Source: Promethearchaeota archaeon (GTDB lineage Archaea; Asgardarchaeota; Lokiarchaeia; Sigyniarchaeales; SOKP01). Taken from it: 64,000 nucleotides of DNA. The first letter of the stretch is position 1. Each line of letters starts with the position of its first letter. Made by a program: the position numbers and the translations under genes. A model generated the notes under the pieces. The model was not told the DNA's origin. It searched no databases and was given only the letters and a program-made list of their open reading frames with translations. Below, piece after piece: positions 1-10,690 of the stretch. The stretch spans positions 40,936-104,935 of the forward strand of contig JAHPZJ010000020.1 of assembly GCA_019058245.1 (NCBI GenBank), given 5' to 3'.

Positions 1-238
1 CTGAGGGAATATTTACAGAAAATTCATTCACACCCTCAGTGAGACATTCATATGTATATCGTGTATATGCTACTTGCGCCCTGATAACAATATTCCCTTG
101 AAATTCTTCAATAGTTTTCCAATCTAGAGCCATAACATTTGGTTTTCCATTTTTATCCATTGATACCATTAATCCCGTATTTCTTTTGAAATACTCAATA
201 TAATCATAGGGATCAATTTCTTTCCTATTGTTAGACAT
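1..238 (-). CDS. Flavin reductase (DIM6/NTAB-like) family protein, truncated by the window edge
   Basis: Manual translation from ATG at 238: MSNNRKEIDPYDYIEYFKRNTGLMVSMDKNGKPNVMALDW...YTRYTYECLTEGVNEFSVNIPS. 'GKPNVM..W', 'RYTYE' and 'EFSVNIP' fit the family. Not in the ORF track. Confidence 0.75.
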   Translation of the reverse strand, partial: MSNNRKEIDPYDYIEYFKRNTGLMVSMDKNGKPNVMALDWKTIEEFQGNIVIRAQVAYTRYTYECLTEGVNEFSVNIPS

Positions 239-291
239 TTTCTTACATTTACTTTTTAATTCTAATAAAAATTTTCAAAATACTTTAAATA

Positions 292-1128
292 TTATGGAAG
301 ACCCGCTCCAGGTACATCAACTTTAACATATTCTATCTTTCCATTTGTTCTTTCTTGAGTTGAAGTACAAATAAAGAGGATATCTCTATCTTGACCACCT
401 AACATACAAGCAAAAGCATCTGTATTGACGTTAACTTTATCAGTTATTTTACCACCTTCTAGAACACGTACAGCGCTACTATAATTAGGCGTAGCTACCC
501 AAATTGCCCCCTCAGCATCTAAACATATACCATCTGGTGGCAATGATTTGAGATCTGCCCAAACTCTTCGATTCGTTAAAGAACTATCATCATTTATGTC
601 AAAGGCTGTTAGTCGATATGCATAAGTTTCTGCCACTATAAGTGTTTTATCATCTGGGGTAATTATCATTCCATTCGGGAATTTCATATTATCCGCAACA
701 ATCTTGGCATCTCCTTGGGGAGATACAAGAATTACTTCAGCGGGTTCAAATAATTTATTATTAATATAATCAAAACCAAAATTTCCTACATAGGCTCTAC
801 CTTCTTTATCTACAACCATATCATTTATTGGGAATGATATAAGTTTGCTTAAATCGGCTAATTCAGTAAGACCATCTGGATCAAGACGTAGTAAACGACG
901 ATTTTCCATTGAAACTATTAATAAATGTCCATCTGGAAGCCATCCTAACCCAGAAGGGCGATTTGGTATCTCTGTTATTATTTCTGGATTACCATTTAGA
1001 TCAACAGCAGTTACCTTACGTGACCTCATATCAGAAAACCAAAGCCTCTCCTCATGCCAACGAGGACCCTCTGGAAACTTTAATCCTTCTAAAAGTACTT
1101 TTGTCTCTAAATATTCCAATTTTCTCAC
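292..1128 (-). CDS. SMP-30/gluconolactonase/LRE family protein
   Basis: FPEGPRW, PSGLGW, INDMVVD, FPNGM and PDGICLDAEG beta-propeller motifs. Confidence 0.9.
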   Translation of the reverse strand: MRKLEYLETKVLLEGLKFPEGPRWHEERLWFSDMRSRKVTAVDLNGNPEIITEIPNRPSGLGWLPDGHLLIVSMENRRLLRLDPDGLTELADLSKLISFPINDMVVDKEGRAYVGNFGFDYINNKLFEPAEVILVSPQGDAKIVADNMKFPNGMIITPDDKTLIVAETYAYRLTAFDINDDSSLTNRRVWADLKSLPPDGICLDAEGAIWVATPNYSSAVRVLEGGKITDKVNVNTDAFACMLGGQDRDILFICTSTQERTNGKIEYVKVDVPGAGLP

Positions 1129-1431
1129 AAATTTCGATTATGTTTTAAATTTTTTAGTATAAATTATTTTTTCTTATACGCTTAAATATGCATCTTCCTA
1201 ATCATCGTCAGTGGCAATATTTTCAGATCATTCATGGCATCAGACCTCAGGATAACCGATATCAAAATTATCTCCCTCTAAATCACCATATAATATGATT
1301 CTATAATAAAATTAAACTCTATCATCATGTTTACTAATTATTTTGAAATTAATTATATTATTTTACTTATATTCATTTTTAATCGGAAGATTTGTTTAAA
1401 ATATAATAAAATAAGGCAAAAAATAATATAA

Positions 1432-1455
1432 GTATTGCATAAAATTATGCAATAC
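1432..1455. terminator. Perfect 11-bp inverted repeat overlapping the stop codon of 1445..2482; possible terminator or operator
   Basis: GTATTGCATAA-AA-TTATGCAATAC seen directly; function inferred. Confidence 0.3.
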
Positions 1456-2482
1456 AGCTACTTGCATCCCTTAATCTTTTTTCAGCATCATTTACGATCT
1501 CATCAATAATATTTTGAGCATTATTAATTGAATTAATTAAACCAATACTTTGACCCAAAAGAACAGCTCCATCAATTGTATTTCCCTCATAAGTCATTTC
1601 ATAATGCTTTTGATCTTCCATTGCCATTTCAGGGGTAATTTGTGCTTCTAATGACATTTTTTCTTCTTTGCTGGATACAACACTATGATGCAAAGAATAT
1701 TCATTTTTCCAGAGCCGAATTGGACCAAGAACTCCAGTAACCCATATAGTATCATCTGCTTTTGCTGAAGGTGTGATATTTTTATATTTATCATGGAATT
1801 CACTTTCATTTGAAGCGATAAATCTCGATCCCATAGCGATAGCACCAGCACCCATAGCTAGCGCTGAAGCTAAACCCTCTCCAGTAGCAAAACCACCACA
1901 TGCTATTATCGGAACGTTTGAATGTTTTCGTGTAACTTGCTGTAATAGAACTAATGTACTGATTTTTTCATAACTCTGATGTCCTCCTCCTTCCCAACCA
2001 GTAGCAACAACTCCATCAACTCCCGATTCTATACATTTATCAGCAAGCCATAAAGCAGGAGCAACATGAAAATGCTTAATATTAGATCCGCTTTCCTTTA
2101 ATTTTATATAGTTTTTAGTTTTTGGCAATGTTCTAGGGGAGCCAGCACTAGTTAATGCATACACACATTGTTCCTTTATTTTTGGTTTATTCATAATAAA
2201 TTCTGAAATCCCTCGACAGAGCCTTGGTGCATCAAGTTGCAATCTTGAAGTTCTTATATTAAATCCAAAAGGCTTATCTGTGTGTTCTACTACGTATTCC
2301 ATATCCTTCTTCATTTCTTCTAGACTATTTTTTCCAAATAAATTTGTATGGCTTAGAACTCCCAATCCACCAGCCTCTGAAACTGCTACTGTCAATTCTT
2401 TTGTGTAGAAAGGACCCATAGGTGCTGCAATAATTGGATGTTTGATGCCTAATAATTCAGTTATATTTGTTCTTAATACCAT
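1445..2482 (-). CDS. Nitronate monooxygenase / FabK-like FMN-dependent oxidoreductase
   Basis: HPIIAAPMG, AVSEAGGLG, GWEGGGH, PIIACGG, MGSRF, LLGQSIGLI. Confidence 0.9.
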   Translation of the reverse strand: MVLRTNITELLGIKHPIIAAPMGPFYTKELTVAVSEAGGLGVLSHTNLFGKNSLEEMKKDMEYVVEHTDKPFGFNIRTSRLQLDAPRLCRGISEFIMNKPKIKEQCVYALTSAGSPRTLPKTKNYIKLKESGSNIKHFHVAPALWLADKCIESGVDGVVATGWEGGGHQSYEKISTLVLLQQVTRKHSNVPIIACGGFATGEGLASALAMGAGAIAMGSRFIASNESEFHDKYKNITPSAKADDTIWVTGVLGPIRLWKNEYSLHHSVVSSKEEKMSLEAQITPEMAMEDQKHYEMTYEGNTIDGAVLLGQSIGLINSINNAQNIIDEIVNDAEKRLRDASSCIA

Positions 2483-2878
2483 TTTCCTGTACTTTTCTAA
2501 TTCTTATTAAATATATTTCTTACTTGTAATATTGATAAAGAAAAATAAGAAAATAATATAAAATTATCAATTTCGAACCGATAATATAGAAAATTTTTTT
2601 TTGAAAAAATTTCTTACAACAATGTTTTAACGTTATTGAAAGAGATCTTTCAAGATTTATTTAATTTTAATAATATTAGATTATTTAATATAGTTATATA
2701 AATTTAAAAAATTCCCAGATTAATAATCCAAAAGTTTATGGGATTTATTCGAAACGATATTAATAAATAGTAGAAAAATAACTTTAAATATTAGTTTCTT
2801 TTTGATTTTATAGAATAAGTATCAATAATTTAATCTTTTACAATAATTTATTAAATAAATAAAAAAATCTAAAGTACT

Positions 2879-3904
2879 CTAGATGAGGAGATAAAGTTTA
2901 ATATTAAACTAGTTGTTTGTGGTGAAGGAAAAGTTGGGAAAACTTCAATAATAGATGCTTTTTTAGGTAATGAAGTTCCTGAACAATACTTACCAACAAT
3001 CGGTAATGTCACTAATAAAAAAGAATATTTATTAAAGGAGAATGGTAAATCACTTAAAATTTTGATATCGATATGGGATTTAGGTGGTCAAAGATCTTTC
3101 AATCCATTTAATCCTTCAATATATACTAATACAGATATTGCTATTTTAGTTTTTGATTTAACTAGACCAGAAGAGACTTTAAAAAATTTAAAGAGAGAAT
3201 TCTTAAAAAATTTAAATCAAAATTCTGAAGATTTCTTATTACTTTATGTTGGAAATAAAATAGATCTACTTGAAAAAGATAATTCTTTAAAAATGGCAAT
3301 TCAAGAGTTCTTTACTCAAAATGATCATCTAATGCTAACATCCGCCAAAACAGGAGAAAATGTTGCTGATTGTTTTGAATTGTTATTATCAACTTATTTA
3401 AGAAAAGAGGAAATTTTAAATCCAGATCTAATTCTTGATAATCCCTCTAGTGTGTTTCATAATCTCATTGGCAAGGATGAGGAGAAATTAAAAAATAAAC
3501 TTATTAAAATAACTGAGATTGAGTCAGTCCTAGAAAAAATAAAACCGATACCAAAAACAGTAAAAGAAGAGAAAGTTATTGAGGAAGAAGCGAAGGAAGA
3601 TAAAGAAGTAAAATATTATGAATTTCTTAGAAAAGAATTAGATCAAAATGAATTACAAAGATTAGAAGTACTAGATCGTTTTTTAATAAGTTTATCAGAA
3701 TTAGATGATACAATAAAACATATTAAAAAATCAAAAACCACATCCGTGATTGGACTAATTGATGATTTAAAGAAAATTTTAATAAATGCTAAGAAAGAAT
3801 TTAAAAAGAATGCTAATTTAATGATAAAATTAAATTCAGAAGAATTTGAATTAATAAAGGTTATCTCCAAGTTTGATGAAGAACAATCTTTACTAAACCA
3901 ATAA
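2879..3904 (+). CDS. Rab/Ras-like small GTPase with a C-terminal helical extension; true start lies upstream of the ORF-track call and is non-canonical (exact codon uncertain)
   Basis: The frame upstream of 3062 reads DEEIKFNIKLVVCGEGKVGKTSII...YLPTIG (G1, G2), followed by DLGGQ (G3), NKID (G4) and SAK (G5). In-frame TAA at 2870-2872 and no ATG/GTG/TTG before 3062. Confidence 0.8.
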   Translation, partial: LDEEIKFNIKLVVCGEGKVGKTSIIDAFLGNEVPEQYLPTIGNVTNKKEYLLKENGKSLKILISIWDLGGQRSFNPFNPSIYTNTDIAILVFDLTRPEETLKNLKREFLKNLNQNSEDFLLLYVGNKIDLLEKDNSLKMAIQEFFTQNDHLMLTSAKTGENVADCFELLLSTYLRKEEILNPDLILDNPSSVFHNLIGKDEEKLKNKLIKITEIESVLEKIKPIPKTVKEEKVIEEEAKEDKEVKYYEFLRKELDQNELQRLEVLDRFLISLSELDDTIKHIKKSKTTSVIGLIDDLKKILINAKKEFKKNANLMIKLNSEEFELIKVISKFDEEQSLLNQ

Positions 3905-3971
3905 TAATCATGTGTTTAAAGGTTAAAACAAATAAAATTTAACAAACCATTATCATTACAAAGTGTATAAA

Positions 3972-4844
3972 ATGCCCGAAGAAGTATCTCTAAAAGATTT
4001 TCAAAAATTAAAGGATCAATTTAATAAATTTGAACAAAAATTTAGTGATTTATTTAAAAAATCTGAACAAAAATCAACTGACCAATTTAATGATATTGAG
4101 AAGAAATTAACAGTTCAGGTTGATGATATAAAAAAATATTCAACCGAAAATATTAGCAAATTAGAACAAAAAGTAAAGGACGATTATACATCATTAGCTC
4201 AAAATATAGATGATCTAGAAGAAAAAATAGATACAAAAATTGAAACTCTAGCAAATACGGTTGGAAAAGAATTAAATGAAAAGTTTGCAAGTTTAGAACT
4301 AAAAATTGAGGGAATCCATAAATTATTAAATTCCGAAATTGAAAAAAAAATCAAAAATATTGACCAACAATTGAATGTCTATGTAAGTAGTCTCAAAAGC
4401 GATTTAAAAACTATAAATGATGACCTAAAAAAAAATAAGGGAGAATTTTCTACTAGCTTAAAAACTGTAAAAAAAGATATTAAAGCGAAGGAAGAAGGGC
4501 TTTCAGATATGATTAAAAGTTTTGATAAAAAAAATATAGAATTTAAGAAAGAGATTAAACCTGTTATTGAAAACCTTAAAAGACAGCAAGATTTAGTCAA
4601 AATTACTGTTGATATACTGAAAAATCAGATTTATGAGAGTGCTAAAGAATGGATTAATGACGAAATAAAATTAGCTTGTAAGGGTAAAGAAAAAGAAATT
4701 TTGATGAATTTATGGATTGATGAGATGAAAGAAATTATTGCAAACATAGATAAATTAAAGGAAATGCATCCTAAAGAATTAAAACTTCATATAAATGAGA
4801 TTTCAAGCACTATTGAATCATTTAAAGAGAAGTTTATAAAATAA
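3972..4844 (+). CDS. Long coiled-coil/amphipathic helical hypothetical protein
   Basis: K/E/L/I-rich heptad pattern throughout; ATG at 3972 preferred over GTG at 3963. Confidence 0.7.
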   Translation: MPEEVSLKDFQKLKDQFNKFEQKFSDLFKKSEQKSTDQFNDIEKKLTVQVDDIKKYSTENISKLEQKVKDDYTSLAQNIDDLEEKIDTKIETLANTVGKELNEKFASLELKIEGIHKLLNSEIEKKIKNIDQQLNVYVSSLKSDLKTINDDLKKNKGEFSTSLKTVKKDIKAKEEGLSDMIKSFDKKNIEFKKEIKPVIENLKRQQDLVKITVDILKNQIYESAKEWINDEIKLACKGKEKEILMNLWIDEMKEIIANIDKLKEMHPKELKLHINEISSTIESFKEKFIK

Positions 4845-4956
4845 ATCTTTTTTTAACTTATTTTAACAATAAGATAATTTTGAATACTAAGAAAATCTTT
4901 TTTAAACATTTAATTAGAACTTTTTAATTATAAAATAACTTGAAATAATTTCAAAA

Positions 4957-5943
4957 ATGTGTCCTGATATTATATCTTTAGGAGAGTTATTAGTTGATAT
5001 AATACGCACCGAAAAAGATACACCCCATAAAGAAATTGGAGCAATTTATAGAGGTCCCTTTCCAAGTGGAGCACCAGCAAATTATGTTAATTCAGCAGCT
5101 CGAATGGGATCGACTTTTTCATTAAAAACGGGATTTATTGGAGTAATAGGAGATGACGAATTCGGAAAATGTATTATTGAAAAATTACAAAAGGATAATG
5201 TAGATATTTCTCAAATTAGAGTATTAAAAGGATTAACTACTGGAATTGCATTCAATCAATATAATTCAGATGGTTCTCGTAAATTTATCTTTGCAAAGGG
5301 AGCAGCTGGAAAAATATCCCCTGAAGATATTAATATGGATTATATAAAGAATGCAAAAAATCTTCATATTACAGGAAGTGCTCTTTACATTAGTAAAACA
5401 TCCTGTAAAGCATGTTATAAAGCTGTAAATCTAGCAAAATCAATAAATCCAGATATAATAATCTCATTTGATCCAAATTTAAGATTGGAAATGCTTAGTT
5501 TAGAAGAGATACTAAAAATCAGTAAACCTATTTTGGAAACTACAAGTATTTTACTTCCAAGTAAAGAAGAAGCTGAAATGCTTGCAGGAATTAATGATTT
5601 TAAAATTGCATGTCGTAAACTACTTGCAATGGGGCCTAAAATCATTATTTTAAAACAAGGAAGAGAGGGATGTACTATTTTCACCAAAGATAACCAAAAA
5701 GGATTAAAAGTCGAAAGTTTTAAAGTTATTGAAAGAGATCCTACTGGGGCTGGAGATGCTTTTGGGGGTGCATTCATTGTAGGTTTTTTAGCAGGTTGGG
5801 ATTTGGAAAAAGCGGCTTTGTTTGCAAATGCAGTAGGCGCATTAAAAGTTGAAACTATTGGTCCAATGCCTGATACTTCATATGAAGATGTAATAAATTT
5901 CATGAAAATAAAGAAAATTAAAGATGTCAATAAGTTCGGCTAA
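4957..5943 (+). CDS. PfkB/ribokinase-family carbohydrate kinase
   Basis: SGAPAN, GDDEFG, FDPNLR and the DPTGAGDAF signature. Confidence 0.92.
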   Translation: MCPDIISLGELLVDIIRTEKDTPHKEIGAIYRGPFPSGAPANYVNSAARMGSTFSLKTGFIGVIGDDEFGKCIIEKLQKDNVDISQIRVLKGLTTGIAFNQYNSDGSRKFIFAKGAAGKISPEDINMDYIKNAKNLHITGSALYISKTSCKACYKAVNLAKSINPDIIISFDPNLRLEMLSLEEILKISKPILETTSILLPSKEEAEMLAGINDFKIACRKLLAMGPKIIILKQGREGCTIFTKDNQKGLKVESFKVIERDPTGAGDAFGGAFIVGFLAGWDLEKAALFANAVGALKVETIGPMPDTSYEDVINFMKIKKIKDVNKFG

Positions 5944-6850
5944 GTCAATACAAAAAAGGACACTTGAATTCTGTCATAGCATAAAGGACTGGGAAATAAA
6001 TATACGACTATTTGAAAGCATCAATAGATTTCTTAAAAAAGAATATAATTTGATACCAGATAAAGAACGTGTTGGTAAAGGTGTAAAATATATTTCTAAT
6101 CACGTGGCTAAAGGTGTTTTTCAAAACTTATTCAATCAAGAAAAAATTGATAGAGAATTCATTATTGAATTTATAGAAACTGGATTTAATTATGGAGAAA
6201 ATATAGAAAGCCAAATAATTCAGCTTTTTGCATTACATATTATTGCTGAATTCATATCATTATTTCCTAATGATTTTGAGAAAATGCTTCCCTTAATAAA
6301 AAAATACGCTTGTCATAGAAATTGGATCGTTAGAGAGACAATCGCTGATTCAATATTAGCAGGCCTTAAAAAAAAGATGGATATTACTCTCAGTTTTTTA
6401 AATAAATGGGCTAAAAGCAGTAATGAAAATCTCAGAAGACTAGTCTCAGAAAGCCTTAGGCCCCATTCTTCTATAAAATGGCTCAGAGATCCTACAAAAA
6501 ATGATAAAATCTTAGATATTCTTACGATATTAAGAAGTGATCCATCTCTTTATGTAAGGAAATCTGTGGGAAATAATCTTAAAGATCTATCAAAATATAT
6601 GCCTGAAAAAATCCTTAATTTATTAGAATCTTGGATAAAAAAAGCACAGATTATAGTTCATGATGAATTAGCATCTGAACTTGGGCTTAACCAGGTAGAA
6701 AAAAGATTAATATGGACAATGAAGCATGCGATGAGATGGATAAAAAATAAAAATCCAGAATATCACTCCCACCTTGAAAAAATATTGGGGAAAAACTATA
6801 TATTATTTTATGATGAAAAGAAAAATAGATTTGCAAAACCTATAAAATAA
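5924..6850 (+). CDS. DNA alkylation repair (AlkC/AlkD-like HEAT-repeat) protein
   Basis: NWIVRE, WAKSSNENLRRLVSESLRP, DPSLYVRKSVGNNLKDLSK. Confidence 0.75.
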   Translation: MSISSAKSIQKRTLEFCHSIKDWEINIRLFESINRFLKKEYNLIPDKERVGKGVKYISNHVAKGVFQNLFNQEKIDREFIIEFIETGFNYGENIESQIIQLFALHIIAEFISLFPNDFEKMLPLIKKYACHRNWIVRETIADSILAGLKKKMDITLSFLNKWAKSSNENLRRLVSESLRPHSSIKWLRDPTKNDKILDILTILRSDPSLYVRKSVGNNLKDLSKYMPEKILNLLESWIKKAQIIVHDELASELGLNQVEKRLIWTMKHAMRWIKNKNPEYHSHLEKILGKNYILFYDEKKNRFAKPIK

Positions 6851-7157
6851 ATTAAAATGAGGAGAGACTAGAATGTCTGTTCAAACGCGAATCATTGATA
6901 AAGTTTAACCGATATCGTTCAATCCGGTCAAAAGACACAATAACCCTATGTTTGGAAACAAAATGATTCAAAAAATTACAAATTACTACTGAAAACATTT
7001 TCATTTATAAAGTTATCCATTTATTTGGTCCTATTCCATAAAAAAAAAAGAGTAAATATTAACATTTAAATATCTGAACTTTCTCTATTTCTTAAGAACC
7101 AAATATGATGAGCAAAATAATGTTTAATTATATCAACATCTATTTGAACAAAAAAAA

Positions 7158-7185
7158 TTTTGCAATAAAATTAAATATTGCAAAA
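7158..7185. promoter_or_regulatory. 10-bp inverted repeat upstream of 7261; candidate transcription-factor operator
   Basis: TTTTGCAATA-N8-TATTGCAAAA seen directly, in an AT-rich context. Confidence 0.3.
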
Positions 7186-7260
7186 ATTAATTAAATTTTC
7201 ATATTCTAATTCTATATGAGGTATAAATTATCATAATCTTATAATGATAAATCCAATATA

Positions 7261-8715
7261 ATGACGAACGAATTTAAAGGAGAAGAAAAAGAAACAAAAT
7301 CGGAAAAGGAAACTGATAGAGTAGATAAAGAATTCTTATCTAAAGCTAAGAATTCAAGAGATTTGATTGATAAAACATTAAGAAAATTTGAGAATAGTAT
7401 CGAAGATATATCAGAAACTATTACAAACGGAGAAATAGCAACAGAAAAAGAGATTGAAAAGAAAGCAAAAGAAAAATTTGACGAAGAGACAAAAGAAGCA
7501 AGAGAGAAGTTAGAAAATATTTTAAAAAAAATAGATGATAAAGAAAAATATTTAGCTGCAATTGAAGAGACTACTAAACAACTCGAGGAAAAATATAATC
7601 GAAAGACAGAAGAAATGACTAATTTAGAAGAAAGACTAACTATAACTAAAGAAAGCAAAGATAATTTAGAAGAAGAATATATGGAGCTTTTAAAGAATAA
7701 TGAACAATTAGTTAAGGCATATGAAACAAGGCAGGTTGACTTAATTGTACTTACAGATTCAATAAAAGAAAAAGTAGCAAATCAAGATGAATTACGTACT
7801 AAAATTTCAAAACACAATCAAGAAATCCAAGAGAAAGAAGATATCCTGGATAAAATAAGAGAAGAATCGGAGGCATTAGAAAAAAAATTAAGAAGTCAAA
7901 GAGCTGAAAATGAAACTTTAAAAGTAAGTATTAGCAAAAATAAGATTGAATTAGAACATTCCAATTCAGAAATTGAGGCAAAAGAAGAGGAAAAAAACCT
8001 ATTAACTGAACAAGTTGATAAAAAGGAAAGAAGAATTAAAGAGATAGAATCAAAGCTCGAGGAATATAAAGAAGGTTTTCCTGAAATGGAAAAGCAAAGG
8101 GAAACGTATGAAGAACTTCTTTCTAAATATAAATTACAGCTATCAGACAAACAACAACAAATGATAGAGATTGAATCTCGAATACAAGAATTGAATGATA
8201 CAGCAAATTCATTAATAGAACAAATAATTTCAAAAGATAATTTGATTGAAGCAAATGAAAAAAGATTTAATGATTTGAAACTGGATATAGAAACTTCAAA
8301 TAGGGAATATCTTGAACGAGAAGGAAGATTAGAATCTTTAACTGAAAAATTGAAACATGTAGAAGCTGATCATGAAAAATTAAGTAAAGCAAAAGAAGCT
8401 ATTGAAAACAGCACTAATGATTCTAGAGCGATTCTACAAAAACTCAAAATAGAATTAGAAAATCAAGAGAAGGAAATTCGAGATAAGGAAAGTAGAATTC
8501 ATAGATTAGAGGTGTTATCAGCAATCTATAGAGCATCTAAATTTTTTGGTGGTATTTTAATTGGAATTGGAATTTTTTTCATAATATGGTCTGTAGGGAT
8601 ATTTTATAGTTTTATTGATTTCGGTGATGCCACAGATTTTATAATGGGTTCATTATTATTAATAGGAGCCATCTTCTCAATTATCTCAGGCATTTTTCAT
8701 TTGGAAAAGTCTTGA
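7261..8715 (+). CDS. Long coiled-coil protein with two C-terminal transmembrane helices
   Basis: About 420 aa E/K-rich coiled coil followed by FFGGILIGIGIFFIIWSVGIFY and FIMGSLLLIGAIFSIISGIF. Confidence 0.8.
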   Translation: MTNEFKGEEKETKSEKETDRVDKEFLSKAKNSRDLIDKTLRKFENSIEDISETITNGEIATEKEIEKKAKEKFDEETKEAREKLENILKKIDDKEKYLAAIEETTKQLEEKYNRKTEEMTNLEERLTITKESKDNLEEEYMELLKNNEQLVKAYETRQVDLIVLTDSIKEKVANQDELRTKISKHNQEIQEKEDILDKIREESEALEKKLRSQRAENETLKVSISKNKIELEHSNSEIEAKEEEKNLLTEQVDKKERRIKEIESKLEEYKEGFPEMEKQRETYEELLSKYKLQLSDKQQQMIEIESRIQELNDTANSLIEQIISKDNLIEANEKRFNDLKLDIETSNREYLEREGRLESLTEKLKHVEADHEKLSKAKEAIENSTNDSRAILQKLKIELENQEKEIRDKESRIHRLEVLSAIYRASKFFGGILIGIGIFFIIWSVGIFYSFIDFGDATDFIMGSLLLIGAIFSIISGIFHLEKS

Positions 8716-8778
8716 TTTTTCGCATTATTAACCCATCTTTCCATCCTTGAATCTTAAAATAAAAGTTATCTGTTAAAA

Positions 8779-10674
8779 TTGACTCAAAAAGAAGAAAAGA
8801 CAGTTCTCCCTACTAGGACTGTAGGATTAATTATTGGGGTTGTTTATGGAATTGGTGTTGGTATTGGAGGTTCTATATTTATCCTTTTAGGAAGAGCAAT
8901 CCACGCAGCTGAATCTGGTGTTTTAATAAGTCTTATTCTGGGTGGTATTTTAATTTTTATTACAGCTCTGAATTATAGTGAGTTATCAACTAGTTTACCA
9001 GTATCTGGGGGTGCTTATAATTTTAGCAAAGAAGCCCTAGGAGGATTCTTAGCTTTTATAATTGGTTTTTTTTTATGGATTGCAAATATTGCAACCTTTT
9101 CATTTTCTGCTCAAGCCTTTTTTGATATATTTGAAGCTTTTTTCCCCTTTGAGTATGTTCCAATTATATCTATACTAATAACTATTACACTAATTCTTTT
9201 CACTGCTATTGTAGTGTTCAGAACTCATAAATTAGCTTTAAGAACACTTATAACACTAACAGTCATCTTGTTAATAATCTTTGGAATTTTTATTTTTTCA
9301 GGACTTTTTATTGCTCCTATGAGTAATGTAACGGGATACGATCCAAGTTTTTTATTTTCTAATATTAACGTTTTAGCTGTTATAATACAGTTTTCATCAT
9401 TATTTATTTTTTTTACCAGTATTACTTCAAATATTGCCTACTTAAATGCAGATATAAAAAATCCATCAAAAAATATCCCAAAAACTAACATTTTCGCTAT
9501 TTTAATAACCTTACTCATTTATTTAGCCATAACAGTTGTAGTTCTTATTAATATTGGGTCTATAAAGGGGTCTGAAGATTCTCCTATTTTATTGGCAAAA
9601 GTAATGAATAATGTGTTAGGTTTTCCTGGATATATATTAATGGGAATAGCTGCAGCCATCTCAACTTTTATTGCAATGAATGCAGCATTGGGTTCTGCAG
9701 CCGCAGTAATGTTTGCCTTAGCAAGAGATCATTATTTATCAAAAAAATTTTTAAAAGTAAGTAAAAAAACACAAGTTCCTACCTTAGTAATTATAATCAC
9801 AACAGCAATAACTATTCTTTTTACAATTTTAGCTATTATGTTTGCAGACATTGGATTTACTGCTAACATCACTACATTTATTTATTTTTTTGCATTGGCA
9901 TTTGTTAATTTTGCTGCTGTAAGTCTAAGATATAAAAGAAAAGAACTAGATCGTCCTTTTAAAGCACCATTCTTTCCTTATTTACCGGTTATAATTGGAT
10001 CTACCTGTTTAATTTTAGCTTTTGTATTGAGTACAACAAATATCAATGCTGTATTTCTTGGTTTAATTTTTCTATTAATAGGAGTTACGTATTATTTATT
10101 AACAATAGCCGATCGTAATTCTATTACTTTAACCTTAGCGGGTTTAAAATTTTTTGCTATAATTCTAATTGGTGTTTTTATTTGGGTAATAAATAATCTA
10201 AGTATTATAAGTTCCACTATAGATGGATTTACTTCTATTTTTTCTTATGTCTTATTACGAATATTGATATTTTTTTGTATTTTTACCCTAGGGACTATTT
10301 TTTTTGACGTTGTTCCACTCAAAGAAGTAATATATTTTTTTATAAAAAGAGTCACTAAAGCGGAAGTTGCGATTAATATTGGAATCGGGCAGATAATTGA
10401 GTTGAAAAAGAGTAAGGTTAGAATGATTTACTATATAAATAATATTATAGATATTATACAAATTTTTGGTTCAGTTTTTATTTTTACTATCATATCACTG
10501 ATACCATTGGATATTATTTCAATAGAAAGTATTACTTTTGGAAACACTATTGTGTCTCAAAAGACATGTGAATTTATTTTTTTAGCGATTTTAGTTTTTC
10601 TCGCCACAATTCTTTTATTTAGCGGTTCTAATAGTTTATATTTAAATAGAGAAACTAAAACTCTTGGTCTTTAA
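8779..10674 (+). CDS. APC-family amino acid permease with extra C-terminal TM segments
   Basis: GIGGSIF, YSELSTSLPVSGGAY, MFALARD, RPFKAPFFP; many hydrophobic helices. Confidence 0.85.
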   Translation: MTQKEEKTVLPTRTVGLIIGVVYGIGVGIGGSIFILLGRAIHAAESGVLISLILGGILIFITALNYSELSTSLPVSGGAYNFSKEALGGFLAFIIGFFLWIANIATFSFSAQAFFDIFEAFFPFEYVPIISILITITLILFTAIVVFRTHKLALRTLITLTVILLIIFGIFIFSGLFIAPMSNVTGYDPSFLFSNINVLAVIIQFSSLFIFFTSITSNIAYLNADIKNPSKNIPKTNIFAILITLLIYLAITVVVLINIGSIKGSEDSPILLAKVMNNVLGFPGYILMGIAAAISTFIAMNAALGSAAAVMFALARDHYLSKKFLKVSKKTQVPTLVIIITTAITILFTILAIMFADIGFTANITTFIYFFALAFVNFAAVSLRYKRKELDRPFKAPFFPYLPVIIGSTCLILAFVLSTTNINAVFLGLIFLLIGVTYYLLTIADRNSITLTLAGLKFFAIILIGVFIWVINNLSIISSTIDGFTSIFSYVLLRILIFFCIFTLGTIFFDVVPLKEVIYFFIKRVTKAEVAINIGIGQIIELKKSKVRMIYYINNIIDIIQIFGSVFIFTIISLIPLDIISIESITFGNTIVSQKTCEFIFLAILVFLATILLFSGSNSLYLNRETKTLGL

Positions 10675-10690
10675 AGGATTTAAATTTAAA

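Noticed and set aside
1195-1330. Several CTGA and TGATGA words on the minus strand suggesting a C/D box sRNA
   Set aside because: Box order and spacing do not fit a compact C-D'-C'-D layout
6873-6992. SD-like GAGGAG followed by ATG and an 11-codon ORF (MSVQTRIIDKV*)
   Set aside because: Too short; may be a decayed gene start, but no family is recognisable
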